A stretch of 63,606 nucleotides of DNA, the filler included, from Intoshia linei (taxonomy: Eukaryota > Animalia > Orthonectida): NCBI GenBank assembly GCA_001642005.1. It is 5 parts of 5 records of this genome, joined end to end, with 100 filler letters (N's around TTAATTAATTAA, not from the genome) between each part and the next. Parts side by side here need not be neighbours in the genome. Positions count along the whole stretch, not along the records: positions 1 to 23,990 come from LWCA01000539.1; 4 more parts are not named here. The stretch is one strand, 5' to 3'. Position numbers and translations under genes: made by a program. Of this stretch, positions 1-12,051 are shown piece by piece. The stretch's first letter is position 1. Every line of letters begins with the position of its first letter. Under the pieces are notes generated by a model. The model saw nothing but the letters and a program-made list of their open reading frames with translations. It made no database searches and was not told the DNA's origin.

Positions 1-457
1 ATTTTAATGACAATGCGGAAAACACCCACGTCTAAACATGGGAAATCACCATACAAAATGGTTTATGGCAGACCTATGAAAATACTTTTCAAAAACTATA
101 ATAAATTAAATTTTTACGATATTATTAAACAAGCGAAAGAAAAAAAATTAAAATATAATATAAGAACAAACAAAAAAAACTACGATAAATCGATACCAAA
201 AAAAATATATTACAACTTCCAAAATTATGAAAATAATCAACGAATCTTATCCAAAACCCAACTACCTTATCGAGCACGCAAGACACCCAAATATCTCAAA
301 GACTACAACACCGAAACCTAACGGGGAAGGTGTAATGTAACCACAACATTAATTTTATTTACATTCATTATCGTGTTAAATCACTTAAATTAAAATACAA
401 CTTTCACGTATAAACTCGTTCTACACTACTCAGAGTTATAAATCATATCCGATTACA
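1..457 (+). mobile_element. 3' end of Ty3/Gypsy LTR retrotransposon (integrase C-terminus, PPT, 3' LTR)
   Basis: ORF 7-321 has an integrase-tail motif (TPTSKHGKSPYKMVYGRP...RARKTPKYLKDY). The stop is followed by a purine tract GGGGAAGG (323-330) and then TGTAAT(331)...ATTACA(457) inverted termini. Confidence 0.85.
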
Positions 458-472
458 CAATATATGTCTTAC

Positions 473-528
473 TTGCATTTAACTCTGACTTTTTTGCCCA
501 ATCTGTCGTTTGCCGTAATTTCAATCAT
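473..528 (-). CDS. UBL5: Ubiquitin-like protein 5 (Hub1), first coding exon; the rest lies beyond the window start
   Basis: Minus strand reads ATG ATT GAA ATT ACG GCA AAC GAC AGA TTG GGC AAA AAA GTC AGA GTT AAA TGC AA|gtaag = MIEITANDRLGKKVRVKC(N), the highly conserved UBL5 N-terminus, ending at a canonical donor. Confidence 0.93.
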
Positions 529-586
529 GAATAGTCTGACAAGTTAAAATAAATCTGTAGCAACACGAATAACAAGAATAGTTTAT

Positions 587-1574
587 TTATACAAAATTAC
601 AAATTTTGAAAATAGTATGAAACAGTTTGTTCCCACTTTTACAGTAAAGCCTGTTTATACAACGGGAAAAGTTATTTTTGCGAATCTGCCAATTCTTGTT
701 GACCCTTACATGAACCATGAGTATGAATTGCTTGTGTATATTGTAGGTATTAACTAATCGATGCAACTTTACCAACTTGCTTTTTGATACATTAACTTTA
801 AAGAATGCATCACTCTTTTTTTTATTGTCACAAGCCAAGTCATATTGAATGAAATGAGATAAATCGATATAATAGAAATATGAAGGAAGAAATTGATTTT
901 TTATGAACATTTCTACACCTTTAGGATACTCAAAATAAAAAGTAACTATACCTCGACCGTGAGTAATGTATAAATCTTTGATTTTAGGAGTTAAAAGTGT
1001 CAAAAGTTGTATTTTCTCACTCAATATATTTATGATATTTTGAGCAATGCTACGATTAGGAAATGGTTTTAAAGGTGATTTAAGGTTAATTTTCAAATGT
1101 TGTTTTACAATAATATTGTGAACTTCATGTAATTGAGTCTTTTTTATATTTTTAAATATTGAAAGTTTTGATGTATCATGAATAAACTAAAATACAATAA
1201 ATTTATATTTTTTTAATAGTAACTGTTTCTACTAAATTGTATGGATCTTTGGGTGGTAATTGTGGTGGTGAGTCTGAGTTCATTTCTAATATATATTAAA
1301 ATGTGTTTATACTTTATTTACCTATTTGTATTGGTAAGGTGTGTTCATTAATAAGAAATTTGCATACAGTTTTTATTTCATTGATGTTTTGGTAAAATTC
1401 TTTTTCGTTTAGGTCCAACCGTTGGAACCTTTTGTTAATGATTTGTTTCATTATTTTAATACATGAATCGTTTTTCCAAATATTATTTGATGGATGGACA
1501 CAATCTGAAGCGAGATATACGTTATTTAATAAATATCGCTTTCTAGCATAACGTATTTTTATAATTTCATTCAT
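587..1574 (-). CDS. Hypothetical protein, about 300 aa, 3 exons (1574-1322, 1285-1224, 1186-587)
   Basis: ORFs 1314-1574 and 587-1096 join in frame through GT-AG introns 1286-1321 (36 bp) and 1187-1223 (37 bp). No family recognised, and the start is uncertain. Confidence 0.65.
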
Positions 1575-2069
1575 TTAATTTCAGAACCTAGACGTTGAAT
1601 TCACAAAAAAATTAGCCAAGTTTGTTTTTCGTTGTTTGCTACTGATTTACAACAAATTTTGTACGCTTTAACGGTACTCATCCGAGTAATGATACCAATC
1701 ATAACTTAATATCAGAAATCAGTCAAACCGTAACATAATAATAAAAACCAAATTCCTATTAATTTCACCATGTTTATACAAATCAACGGATTACTTAATT
1801 GCACTCTAATGTGAATACCAAATACTAATAGCTGTTTTGATACTTCCATTATTGATTTCGTTTTATTCTGGTTTCGTTTAATTTATAAAACGTTTAATGA
1901 GAATCAACCTGGGACACTTTTAAATAAATGATTTGCAATAAAAAGTACTAATAGCACATATTTTACTCTATTTATCCATTGAAGCAGTTTAGTAAAAATT
2001 TATTTGTTTGAATAGTTATTTTAATTTTATTACTGTTTACACTAAGTGCTGCATATTACAGATTTCATA

Positions 2070-3104
2070 ATGGTAATTATTATAAAAATTGATTTATGAT
2101 TATGAATAGGACCAGAAAGTAACAAGTAATATTAAAATAGTGTCTTGAATAAAATTTTTAAGCAATCAAAGAAGCTTTTGGGTTATACGATAAAGGTAAT
2201 TACGGAAAGATAAAAACAGAATTACTTGGTCCTTGTTTAAGAACTGCTGGTATAAAATGTTCAACAGGGGAAGTCGTTGACTATATTTCTAGAAACGACA
2301 CAACCAGTAAGGTGTTTGAAACTATATTTTTTTATACCAAATAGAATCAGGCTTCATCACATTCTCACAATTTTCTGAAATAGCAATTCCAATAATATCT
2401 GAGGGTATAACAAACGAATCTGTACTCGAAGCGTTTCAACTTTTCGATGTTAAAAACACTGGAGCAATATCTAAATTTGAATTAAAACATATTATGACAA
2501 ATTTGGGTGATAAATTATCGGAAGATGATGTTCATGAAATGTTGCAGCCCTTTGATACGAATATAAATTATAGAGGTAATAGTTGTGTAACATACAGTGT
2601 TGTTCAATAGATTATAATAATTGCTTTTTACATATTCTGTGGTTACTAATTCACTAATGAGTAGATGAAATTAAATAAAATTTTGAAAATAAGTTATACA
2701 CATATTTAACTTAATTTATCACTCTTAAAGTGTATTTTCATATTAAATACTGATAGACCCTCTTTATATCTTAATCAATATAACATAGTATTCATTTTGA
2801 ACAGAACCACTGTATCTACTTCTGTAAAGATACGCTATCATTAAATTATATTGTTGTCTCGTCGGTGAAATGGTAACTCAATATTTTTTATATATTTTTA
2901 AGTCACAAAATAATGTTGAACTAAAGGAGTGAAATTTTTTACATCGCCCTTATTTATAAGTTCAAATCATTTTACCATCTATGGACTGAATCAAAGATGT
3001 ATCAAATAACACTGTACATGAAAATGTAGGAAGTTATGATATTTCTAATAAATTAATTTAATTATTTAGATCTGATATCCACTCTGTCAAAACAAAGATA
3101 TTAA
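2070..3104 (+). CDS. Calmodulin-like / myosin light chain EF-hand protein
   Basis: ATG|gt at 2070-2072; introns 2073-2109 (37 bp), 2126-2162 (37 bp) and 2307-2344 (38 bp). Spliced product: MDQKVTTIKEAFGLYDKGNYGKIKTELLGPCLRTAG...SGFITFSQF...EAFQLFDVKNTGAISKFELKHIMTNLGDKLSEDDVHEML. The last exon is uncertain (donor 2576; either 3070-3104 or 2611 onward). Confidence 0.85.
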
Positions 3105-3244
3105 AAATTATTTATAAACATTTATCAACAATTGAATTTATTTTCTAATATGGCACTTTCCATGTTGAGGGCTAATTGATTAGAGCTTTTATTTTTATAT
3201 TTTTCTAAATAACGTGCATATTATTTTTATATTACTAAAATATA

Positions 3245-3690
3245 CAAGGACAAGATTTCAAACGTTTTTCGATTCGTTATGTCAAAAATAAGTAATAATC
3301 CTTATCAATACTAAATAAAATAATTTATCATCTTCGTTACCTTAAACCTGTCTATAATAAGATCTAGTAATGTTTCTGAACCTTTTTTGACCTGGTGTAT
3401 CCCATATCTTAAACTGCATTTAAATTATAAAAAAACCTGTAATTTCAATTTGGCATAATCGAGGTTAACGTATCTGTTCTAAAAAATATATAAAAACCCT
3501 CTAATTTAAAATACCGTAAACGAAACACCAACAGAACCTTGAAAATTCTCAATAAACACATTTTTGTCATCTATTGACAATCGATGTTTTACCTACACCG
3601 CTTTCACCAATAATAATTACCTAACAAGTCAAATAATACTGCATAATATAAACGAACCTTAAAAATTTCATCCACTTGAAAATCTTGCAT
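3245..3690 (-). pseudogene. Rab-family small GTPase, disabled (frameshift plus in-frame stop)
   Basis: Spliced translation MQDFQVDEIFK|VIIIGESGVGKTSIVNR/DKNVFIENFQGSVGVSFT|NRYVNLDYAKLKLQ|IWDTPGQKRFRNITRSYYRQV*G|LLLIFDITNRKTFE. Frameshift at about 3569, TAA at 3344-3342. Confidence 0.8.
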
Positions 3691-3821
3691 ATTAAAAAAA
3701 AATTTTGTTGGGGAATCTTAGATATTATCAAAAATTAAATTAATAGATTATAATTTAACTATGCATAGATAAAACAATGATTATATATCACCTTTACATA
3801 AACATTTATTTTATATATAAA

Positions 3822-6800
3822 TTAGTTTAGAACAATTTGTACAACATCTTGGTTGGCCAAAACATGTTTTATTCCAACACGTTGACCCATAAATTTGACG
3901 GAACGACCCCAAACAAGAGCAAATCGGAATCGTTTTGCAAATGTCCTATGAATACAGCCACAAAGAGTTTGTAGTGTTGCTCCGGATCTGGCTATTATTC
4001 CCTCTTCCAAATTTGGCTTCTCACCTTGTTTTCGTGTATAAATGATAATCAACCCTAATTGTCTCCATAAACGATAAAGGAAGTAGTCGATGTTTAACTT
4101 CAAATTACAGCTCAATACAACGTTGTTGCATTGCTTGGCGTAATGATCTAAGTGTTCTATAGAAAGTTGATCGATTTTGTTATAAACATATAAACATGGA
4201 ATATAAACGCAATTATTTTGCAATACATCCACAAATTCTTGAATTCCGTAGTCTTTATTAAAAATAACTTCTGCGTTATATATTTTAGATTCATGTAGAA
4301 TGTTAATAACTTGTGTTTTTGTAATTTTTGTAAGAGGAACCAAAGAACTAACCTTTACGCCGGCAGTAATAGAGGACTTTAAAGGTGTGTATGAAATATT
4401 AGGTTTTTCTTGGTTAAGACGAATACCCATTGTTTCTAATTCATTTTCAATTATATTTTTATGTTTAAGTGCTTTTGTAGCATCCAGCATTATGACTATG
4501 AGATCAGCAGTTCTTGCTACTGATATTACTTGCTTTCCACGACCTTTCCCTGTTGCAGCACCCTCTATGATTCCTGGTAAGTCAAGTAATTGAATGCGTG
4601 CTTGTCGGTATTCTATGATACCCGGTATACAGGTCAAGGTAGTAAATTCATATGATGCTGCTCGTGATTCGGCATTTGTTAATATGTTCATTAAAGTCGA
4701 TTTTCCAACTGAAGGAAACCCTATTAGTGCAACTCGAGCGTCGCCACTTCGTGCAACATCAAATCCATCTCCTTTAGAGCTAGCATTCGCTTCTTTGGTG
4801 TTTATTTCTAACTGGGCTTTATATCTAGATAATTTGGCTCTCAATAAGCCACGATGGTATTCTGTGGCTTTATTTTTTTGCATTCGGCGCATTTCTAAAT
4901 GTTACTTATATTTAGTGTAGACTAGTAAATAAAATTAAAATGTTAGAAATGAATTATACACATCACTCACTTCGAGTAGTTTTATAAAATAAATTAATAA
5001 AAGAACCCTAAATGAGAGATTCGAATGGGGCAGAGGTAAACCAACAACGCTCGATGTACCTAAACAATTTTTAATTAACGATACGTAATGTCACACAACC
5101 ACGCTTACAGTTTAAATTACACCAACAAAATTGTGATGCTATATATTTTGTAATGCTTAATGTGGAAGGGTATGCTCTCTTTTCCAATAATTTCGTCGAG
5201 ACACCGAAGAGGGCATCGGTACGTTAAGTTCATCTCTAGAATGGGGTAATAAAAAATTTGAAGTGCGTTACAAAAAAATCACTGCTCGAATACGCTATCT
5301 AATATTAATTGATACATCTCGACAATATGGAAAAAAAATTCTTATTTGATAACTATACCAGGGCCGGCAAAGTTATCTACACGGACCCCTAGGTGTCCAT
5401 GATAAACATTTGGGGTCTACGCAAAATTTTAAAATAATTAGACATTTTTAGCACATAAAGTCGTTTTTGGTAACTAACATCTGAATCTGGATAATGAAAA
5501 TTTATTTGTTCAATGTTCATCAAAATTAGTCAGGTATTCCAATTTTATAAAAAGACGCGACAATATGAATTTAAAATTATATGCATTAATTTTATTTTAC
5601 AAATTTTTTATAACATTTAACTATGAAAATAAAGTTTAATTTAACTTTTTTGGGAAAAATTTCGATGTTGAGTGGCCGGGTCCAAACTCAACCAATTTGA
5701 ATAATTTTTTCAGGAAAGTGATCACCCTAATATATGATACAGTATAATGCAAAATAAAATTTAGTATAGGTACAATAAAATTTTTTATTTCAATAAGAAA
5801 AATATAATTTAAAATAATCACTAAATTATTTCAAGAAAACTGATTTAATTGCTAATATCAGCATGAAATTTATAGCGATCTGTGATCCCAAAAATGTTCT
5901 ATAAGAATAGACTAATATTATTCTTATTTGTCTGTCGTATAAAATAAGATATTTTTCAATGTTATCTAATAAAAATTTCTTTGCTTTGTCAGAAGTTTAT
6001 TCACTAAACTGAAACTTCTTTCACAGTAATTGAAGTTGACGGAGAATTCCATAGAAAATAATATAATGAGGGAGGTTTTTATTGATCAATATCTAACACA
6101 ATTTTGGTTATGTCGTTGTTATTTAAATCTTTGAAATTTTAAATTTTTAAATAATCTTTTAAATTTAAATCTTAGAGAAATGTATATTATGAATTATGTT
6201 AAACCCCTTTGTGACTGTAAAATTTGACTCTTGCGTCAAATCTATCACATTGATTCAATATTTGTATCAACATAATTGAATTCATTCTTGATGTAAGGCT
6301 GGATTTGACACTGCTTCATTTAATTATTGATTATTAGGTTTGTTCAATGAAATGTCGGCTGATAAAAAGGCCTCCAAGACTGGTACTGCAAAAATCATTA
6401 GACAAATTTACTTAAGTGCAAATATGAACAGTATTCATTTTAGATTTATGCTTAACGAAATTTAAGTTATTGAATTCTTCACGCATTATAAATTCAGCTG
6501 GCTCATAATATGGCTTATAAACTCAGAGATTTTTAGCTGATTATGGAATGCTAATAATAACATAAATTGTATATATTTGAACAATTATTTGTAGAATCGC
6601 ACGTGAATTATAACATCTTTAATACATATATATCTTTAATCATGTATAGCAGGGATGTCCAACATTTTTTTGATGCGATCGACTAATACATTGATTAGAA
6701 AAATGTAGCGGATCGGAACCTATTTCATCAAAATCGCCTTATGGAATCATATAAAAAATGTATAACTAAATATTTTCAGTGTGATCGTAGAAAACATACA

Positions 6801-7485
6801 AATTAAAATTCGGAATAATTTCAAGCACTTTCGCTGTATATTTGAAAATAATTGGCAAAATCTAGTTTAAGAAATATGGACTAATTTATTTATTGGGTAA
6901 CGATTTAAACAAGTTACATCGCATTTATTCAAATGTGTAAAAATTTTAACAATATTAAAATAGAGATCATTTTAATAATCAATATTATTTTCGGCGATCG
7001 ACGAGAAAATTGTCTGAGATCGACAGGTTGGACGACCCTGATGTATATATAGGGTTGGTATATATACATCATTGTATACCGATATTGAAAATTTCAAAAA
7101 ATAATTTAATTAACATTTAAAATCAAATTGTAATGAGCCAATTAATATACATAATGATTGTAATTTCATGCTGATTAATATATCAAAAATTAACCTTTGG
7201 CCGCCCTAGTCATAAATATTTAACATAAATTAACATAAAGGTTATACGATTTTAAAATTATATACAGCGTAAAAATACACCCTGTATCAGACAAGCTGGT
7301 ACCTTGTGACTCAAAAGTCATGTTTCGTATTGATATATTTTAGTATTGGTTATTTTAACATAAATAACATCCTAACACCTTAATAGTCATAAATATCATT
7401 TTAAAAATATATTGTAAACTATTAACAAGTAGAGGTATAATAAATTACCTAATTCGATATCGGAAATTTTATCAGCTATTCCCAT
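3822..7485 (-). CDS. DRG2: Developmentally regulated GTP-binding protein 2 (exon 1 7485-7449, exon 2 4894-3822)
   Basis: GFPSVGKST, YEFTTLTCIPG, DLPGIIEGA, NKID and a C-terminal TGS domain. The missing N-terminus MGIADKISDIEL(E) is found at 7485-7449 and splices in frame over a 2554-bp intron (4895-7448). Confidence 0.93.
6650..7040. mobile_element. hAT MITE in the DRG2 intron
   Basis: TIRs CAGGGATGTCCAAC / GTTGGACGACCCTG; flanking 8-mers ATGTATAG / ATGTATAT (TSD, 7/8 match). Confidence 0.8.
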
Positions 7486-7779
7486 ATTGATGATTTAGAA
7501 TAAATTTTATATAAAATAAACTATTTCTATTAAAAAATCTTTATTGGTACGAATTATCGTTCGTCTTTGAAAATAGATGTATTTGTACTGAATTATATTG
7601 ATTATTAATTATATGCAATGAAATGACCTGCAAATATAGATTAAGTGGAATGAAAATCAAAATATTTTCATTGTTTTAATGCAGTCGTTCCCGGTTCAAA
7701 TAGTGTACGAACCACCATTTCAAAATATTTATTATTTGGACCCCAAGGAAAACATCAAATATAAAACATTGATGAAAAA

Positions 7780-8100
7780 TTAAAGGTTTTCATCGTGGGA
7801 TTTATTAAAATTGTGCTTTTCAAAAAAATATTGGAAAAAGGATTTTTATTGAGGATTGGTAAAATTTTATTTTTTATTTTGGGTTTTGGATTAAAAAATT
7901 GTTGCTCATAAAATTTAGTAGAATCGGATTTTTCCTAATAATATTGGAAAGAGGATATTTCCATTAAACGTTGGTAATATTGGAGTTTTATTTTGTGGCT
8001 TGATTAAGTGGATTTTTTTCATAAGGTTTATAAAATTAGATTTTTTAAAAAAATATCGGTAAAAGACAATTTTTCTTACGACTTGTAATGGTATTTTTTA
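7780..8100. repeat. Degenerate tandem repeat of about 110 bp (2.5-3 copies)
   Basis: Recurring motifs AATATTGGAAAAAGGATTT / AATATTGGAAAGAGGATAT / AATATCGGTAAAAGACAAT and CATAA(A/G)..TT..TA.AAT..GATT at about 110-bp spacing. Confidence 0.5.
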
Positions 8101-8239
8101 TTAACTTTTATTGATGGTGGAATAAATGGTATTTTTGAAATAATAATCTAGCGGTCGTCTAGGTTTTGGAATAATCAACATCTGGAAATTCTGAAAATAA
8201 ATAATAAAAATTGAAAATATTGATTTTACAATTTCAAAA

Positions 8240-10570
8240 AAAATGTAAATTGAACAGCTACACATTTCCAATAAAGAAATATGACTGTCGCGAATCATTG
8301 AATTTATTGATTTAGTCATTAAAATTACTTCTTCCAATTCAACAACATTTTTCCAATTTTTTCTAAAATTTATATAGTGAACATTTTATAAATTTACGTT
8401 AATAATGATACAGCTACAATATTGAATGTTTGGATTGTTAATGAAATACAATCATTGTTTTTGAAGTCTTGTTTTGGCATATTTTTTATAATGTTTTGTA
8501 GAATTGTCCAGATTATATAGTCATTGAGGTCTCTAATTTTAATTATAACTAATCATTTATAACATAAATAAAACTACTTCCTTTTCTCGATTATAAGCAG
8601 ACCACTGAAATACAAATTTTCAGTGAAATTTTTAACTAAATAAAATTTGAATATAAGCAGTTTCTACTTGTACCATAAAAAAAACTTTAAACAAAAGATA
8701 GACAACAACAATTTATTTTTAAAAATTAACTTCCTTCATACAATAGAACGTCTAATTTAGAAGTTTTGCTTTAACCATATACAATATGTTGTTTATGCAA
8801 TTCGTTGAAAGTAATCTGAATTTCAAATTTTTTAGAACCAACAAAAAATTCATTAAGATAAGGTGATACGGACGTGTTTTTAATATTTTCAATGTACTCA
8901 TTATCAATGATGTATTTAAGTATTTAAAAATCTTTATTTAGTATTAGTTATTTCTTTATTAAGAATCAACATAAATAATAATTAAACCAAAAATAATACT
9001 ACATTGTTATTAATTTAAGAGAATATTCTTAAACCCAACCATTTTTACAAACCCCTAAGGAAAAATCCAAATTGAGAACAAATAGAATGTAATTATGGCA
9101 ATAGTAGAGTATTGTAATATATTTTACAAAAACATTTTTTGTCAGTTTCAATTTATACAGAACATTCAATTTAAATATTGACAGTATATTTAAAGTACGG
9201 ACAAAATAATTTTTTTTACTGACCTTCCAATTTAAATTCTGACAATCCATTATATCAACTGAAAATTCGATATTTATATTGACAAACCATCTAAAATACT
9301 GACAATTTACGGATTAAAATACTGACGCGATAAATACAAGCCTTTTTTACATTTTTCAAGGTCTGCTTAAAAGTCTACTTGTTTTTGATTATAAGCATTT
9401 TTCCTTCTACTCTCGAATATAAGAAGACTTCTTATAATCGAGACAAGACAGTAGGTTGATATAAATTTTATATCAACCTATGCGATATGTTTCCTAGTAA
9501 TTCATTGATTTCGATTAAATATTTTTTATTCGTGGAAATTTTGGTATTGTTCATTATATTAATGTATTCTGAATAAATATCTTCAATGTTAAGCTAATAT
9601 TAATGTAAAATAAAAAATGGATAAAAATATAACATTGAATAATATATTGTCAACACTTTTAAAACTCATGATTGTATAGTCTTCCAACATTGTATCATCA
9701 GCAATCTTATTAATTTTTTCAATAATAGAATAAATTGTAGTAAGTCTTTGATTTATTATTGATATATTTTTATAATCGAAAAATTAAATCATTTCAAAAA
9801 AATTTTGTTTGAATTCATTACTTTGATCCACTTTGACGGGGTAAAACTATTAAGTGAATATAATTTAGAATATAATACACATTACATTTAATGCATAATT
9901 ATTTTCGTCAAAGAACAGATCGACGTTAATTATTCCATTTGAACCAATAATTTTATTAGCAATCAGGATAAGTTCATCAACATTTACATTTTTTTGACGA
10001 AATTTAATGTCCAAGGACAAATAATTAGATAATTTTTGAGAAATTTTTGCATATACATTTTGTATATCAAAAAAATTCAGCATCAAAATTAGAACAAGCT
10101 TCATAAAACATTTTTGTTTGTTTTACAGCTTTTGATGTGGTGAAAAGGTTGTTCAAAAGCAACTATAACTTAATTAAAGAGTATCATTTTATTAATTACT
10201 TTTTGAATTTGTAATTTAATTTCCATTTCCAAATTATAATTAAAATTTAAATCATCATTGTAATTTCCGCATGCAAATTGATAGAAATCTATACATGGGT
10301 TTAAGCTTTCATTCATATAACTTTTTATTTGTTTATCTAATTTTATACATTCTTTAGATAAACAAACCTAAATATTTCATTTATTTAACCGAATAATAAA
10401 GAGGTAATACTTACATCAACATTTTCTCTTTTCATAAAAAACACACGTATATATATACTCAATGAAAAAAGTATTATGAATATGATTAAAATCAATGATG
10501 CGGTTATCCTACGTACCCTATATTTTGTAAATACTTTCTTTGTGTAATAGTGATGTTTTCCTATAATCAT
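8240..10570 (-). pseudogene. Neprilysin/ECE-like (peptidase M13) type II membrane protein, N-terminal part only, disrupted
   Basis: N-terminal TM helix, then VCLSKECIKLDKQIKSYMNESLNPCIDFYQFACGNY, KAVKQTKMFYEACSN and RDLNDYIIWTILQ. There is a frameshift in a T7 run near 10070 and stops near 8450, and no HExxH domain is found downstream. Confidence 0.75.
8575..9453. mobile_element. Putative TIR element (Tc1/pogo-like MITE) inside the M13 gene
   Basis: Inverted termini TACTTCCTTTTCTCGATTATAAG ... CTTATAATCGAGACAAGACAGTA. Confidence 0.5.
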
Positions 10571-12051
10571 TTTATAAATTTAAAATATTATGTAAACAGA
10601 AATTAAGTTAGTTATTAATATTTACTATACATATTCTTATATAAAATTTTAAATTAGAAGAATATTTAATTTTTTACTATTATAATGTATTACTATTTTT
10701 AATTTTTTTACAGTGATTAGTCAAATATTGCCGACTGTTACACGCTTCAAAAAATGGTGTTCCTTTTTTTGATATTAAGACCTTAACACTTTTAATACGA
10801 TTGTTTTGCTATTTAGTATCGAAAAAGTTCACCACACTGGGTATCATTATATTCATGTCAAAAATTATACCTCAGTGAATCTTTTAAAAAATACAGAAAT
10901 AACTTTCTAATAATGTCGTTTTATGTTATTATTTCTTGTTTTCAGTATTATGAATTTTGAAAAGAATCTTCCGGTCATTCAGCAGACATTTTTGTATTCT
11001 AAAAGTTTTTTTAACAATTTTAAATACAAGTAATTCTTTTATTTACAATTAATATCTTATATTCAATTATTTTTATTATGAAACACTCGTGATCATCCCA
11101 AACACCATAATTCCTTTTTCCATCAGTTTAATAAATACATTAAAATGTTGAGGAATTTAATAGTCAAAATCTCATTTTATCTATTATCGAATTACTGTAT
11201 AATTTCCCAAATACTGTATTAAATATATCCAGAACCGTTGAGAGCCAGCAGTAGGCCAGGGCCAAATGGAAATTGTAGGCACCCTATAATTTTTTTTTAT
11301 TTAATTGATAATTGGGCGTCAATCAATGGATCTTATAAAAATATTTGTTAGATTTTTTCCACCGAATAATACGGATATTTCCGGTCTATGTACAGAAGCA
11401 TTATACGTTCGTGTAAAACAAAATTTAATGAATACAAACTGTCATTTGTTTTAAATAAAGTAGAAAGTATGTTGATGTTATTTCAAGGTAAAAAGTAATG
11501 GTTTGTGAACTGTAATTTTCATCCTTACAAATCTATCCAAAGTGAAAATGTCTGCGGAACTATTCATTTACACAACTGACTCCTATAAATATAAAAATAC
11601 ATACAGTAAGTCAGTTTTCTTCGGAGCATGAGCACATATTGAATAAATAATATAAATGCCATGTCAGAAAGTTATATTTTCACGGTCAAAAACATAAATG
11701 TTTATTTGAAAAATAAAAAAAAATGAGTCTAAAATTTTATAAACAAACTTTTAATAGCTTATTAATTAAACCTACCTTCCAATGACAAGATACAATTCAT
11801 TTACCCATGTTTTTATCGTGTATATAAAATATATAAAATGCCACTATCTAGTATAGATTCGACGATCATTAACTCGCACTAATACCTATAACTGTATCTA
11901 CAATAGTAAATAAATATTAAAAAAGAAGATAGGTAATACAAAGTCAATGCATTGAATTCTAAAAGTTTATTAACGACGTATGAGTCATGACTACTATTAC
12001 TATTTAATTTAGCAATATTGGCAATGATGAATTTATCAATTAATTAAATCA

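Noticed and set aside
3342-3344. In-frame TAA in Rab as a sign of stop-codon reassignment
   Set aside because: DRG2, H2A.Z and ubinuclein terminate at TAA, conserved genes have no internal TAA, and the same Rab also has a frameshift.
4300-4920. Plus-strand ORFs 4300-4593 and 4594-4920 (also 12800-13093, 40572-40853, 47544-47864, 61895-62203)
   Set aside because: Antisense shadows of real coding sequences.
9451-9480. 30-bp near-perfect hairpin TAGGTTGATATAAA..TTTATATCAACCTA
   Set aside because: Single, AT-rich and adjacent to a TE end; probably a rearrangement footprint with no evidence of function.
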